Origin: Eledone cirrhosa
Lineage: Eukaryota
DNA length: 64,000 nt
Reading direction: 5' to 3'
Assembly: GCA_964016885.1 (NCBI GenBank)
Contig: OZ024742.1
Coordinates: 256,060,001 to 256,124,000 of the forward strand
The notes under the pieces are model-generated. The model was not told the DNA's origin, ran no database searches, and was given only the letters and a program-made list of their open reading frames with translations. Positions within the stretch are counted from its first letter, which is position 1. Each line of letters starts with the position of its first letter. Shown piece after piece: positions 62,360 to 64,000 of the stretch. The position numbers and the translations under genes were made by a program.

Positions 62360-62730
62360 TTTAGTCTCACTATTCTAAGGGAAATATAGAAACAAGATGG
62401 TAAATAAATCAATATACCTGGGAAGTCCTACGCGTCCATCATGCTAACAAGCCCATGGAGGAATACGCCAGACCGGAGCAAACAAATATCCACTAGGTGG
62501 ACGATAACTCTGCTAGAAATAGGAGCGATAATTATAGCCTCCCAGCTCAACAAGTTAAGAGGTTTGGAGCTGTTAAATACAACTAATGGATCAAATATGT
62601 TTAGAATTTTGTGTTTCTAAATAAGCATGCTTGCTCTACAGACTTAATAAAATAATTTTATTGCATAGTTCAAGATTCACTTCTTTTAAAAGATTCAATT
62701 TCCAATACTTCCGGTATATCTATACTATAC

Positions 62731-63052
<322 letters not shown>

Positions 63053-63273
63053 GTGTGTGAGTATATGAAGAGAGAGATACAGGTAGATAGAGTGACTGTG
63101 ACAGATACATAATATATATATATATATAAATTTATAAATTGCAGAAATAGCCTTCGAAATGGCTTGAGTTCTGCCGTCGGGGTCAAAATTTTACCTATAT
63201 ATATATATATATATATATAATTATAATAAAATAACAGGAGGCTGGACTTGTGTAAATCCTTGAAAGGTTTATT

Positions 63274-63331
63274 ATACTATGATCATTTCAATGACCGGGT
63301 TCCGTATGAATCCGGTGATATCATCAGGTAT
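63274..63331 (-). ncRNA. Intact type I hammerhead followed by AATAAA
   Basis: Minus strand reads atac-CTGATGA-tatc-accgg-attc(atacg)gaac-ccggt-catt-GAAA-tgatca-TA-gtat-aataaa. Confidence 0.78.
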
Positions 63332-63537
63332 TCGAAATATAATAAATGAGTGTAATAGATAAAATCCATGGGGCTGAAAATCATAGACCCGTGGACGACC
63401 GACCATCTAGCATCCTCCATTTTAGCCGGTCGCCCTCAAGTGCTACTTAAGTCTATCTGGTGAGGGGGCTAAAGCTTATAGTGTGCTACTAACCTCCCGG
63501 TCAAATAGAAGAAACACAGAAAGGGAGAGGAAGACAA

Positions 63538-63684
63538 GTCAGCGTTAATGTCATGCTACAAGAAAAAAGACAAAAAGAAAGAGGAAGAAAAAGAAGAAGA
63601 AGAACAGTCAGCGTTAATGTCATGCTACAAGAAGAAAGACAGAAAGAAAGAGGAAGAAAAGTCCGTATTGATGTCATGCTACAA
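63538..63684. repeat. Three diverged ~55-70-bp tandem units
   Basis: gtcagcgttaatgtcatgctacaagaa at 63538 and 63608; atgtcatgctacaa again at 63671. Confidence 0.7.
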
Positions 63685-64000
63685 TCAGGCCAGGAATCGA
63701 CAAAAGTTATTCTAAAGGACCCATATCTTAACAGAGGTATATATTATAACAGAGGTAAATATAGTTGGGGTCTGCATGTTATAATGTGTGATCAGAAGAT
63801 TGGAACGTTAAATTTTTGTTTAGATTTATAGGATGAAGTTACAAAAATGTAAGATTAACATTATAAAATAAAAAAAAATTAGAAAATTGAAAATTAAACA
63901 GTTTAACATTTTTAAGGTTTTGTGTTGCGAGGTTTAGTTAAAGAAAGAGTCTTTTATGAAGAAACTTTAATTGTATTTTCGCGTAAAGATTATGTCCTTG

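Overview
This window is AT-rich, repeat-dominated eukaryotic (metazoan) DNA. The (TA)n/(TACA) microsatellite seas, tRNA-derived SINEs and RTE/CR1-type LINE scraps suggest a cephalopod such as Octopus; this is an inference. I see no host protein-coding gene, and almost all ORFs in the track are microsatellite artefacts. The real coding remnants are Penelope-like elements (PLE: reverse transcriptase plus GIY-YIG) at 291-719, 38650-42457 and ~53150-56170, plus LINE fragments. The main signal is a 310-bp tandem array at 13574-30107 in which every monomer carries a type I hammerhead ribozyme (HHR) (51 copies by my count). It has the form of a non-LTR retrozyme that could yield a 310-nt self-cleaving, circularising RNA. 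The array is two separate insertions into (TA)n. Each is internally inverted, each is fixed for its own stem-loop II allele, and both end at nearly the same two points of the monomer. A second HHR repeat family (~436-470 bp, 42688-45670) has the same inverted-then-direct architecture, a similar stem II and an octamer motif. About ten further dispersed HHR or HHR-like motifs, several with a U3-A8 core covariation, and many fold-back insertions point to a PLE-driven, microsatellite-targeted ribozyme RNA ecosystem. All ribozyme calls were made by eye from motif and base-pairing; none was tested for activity.
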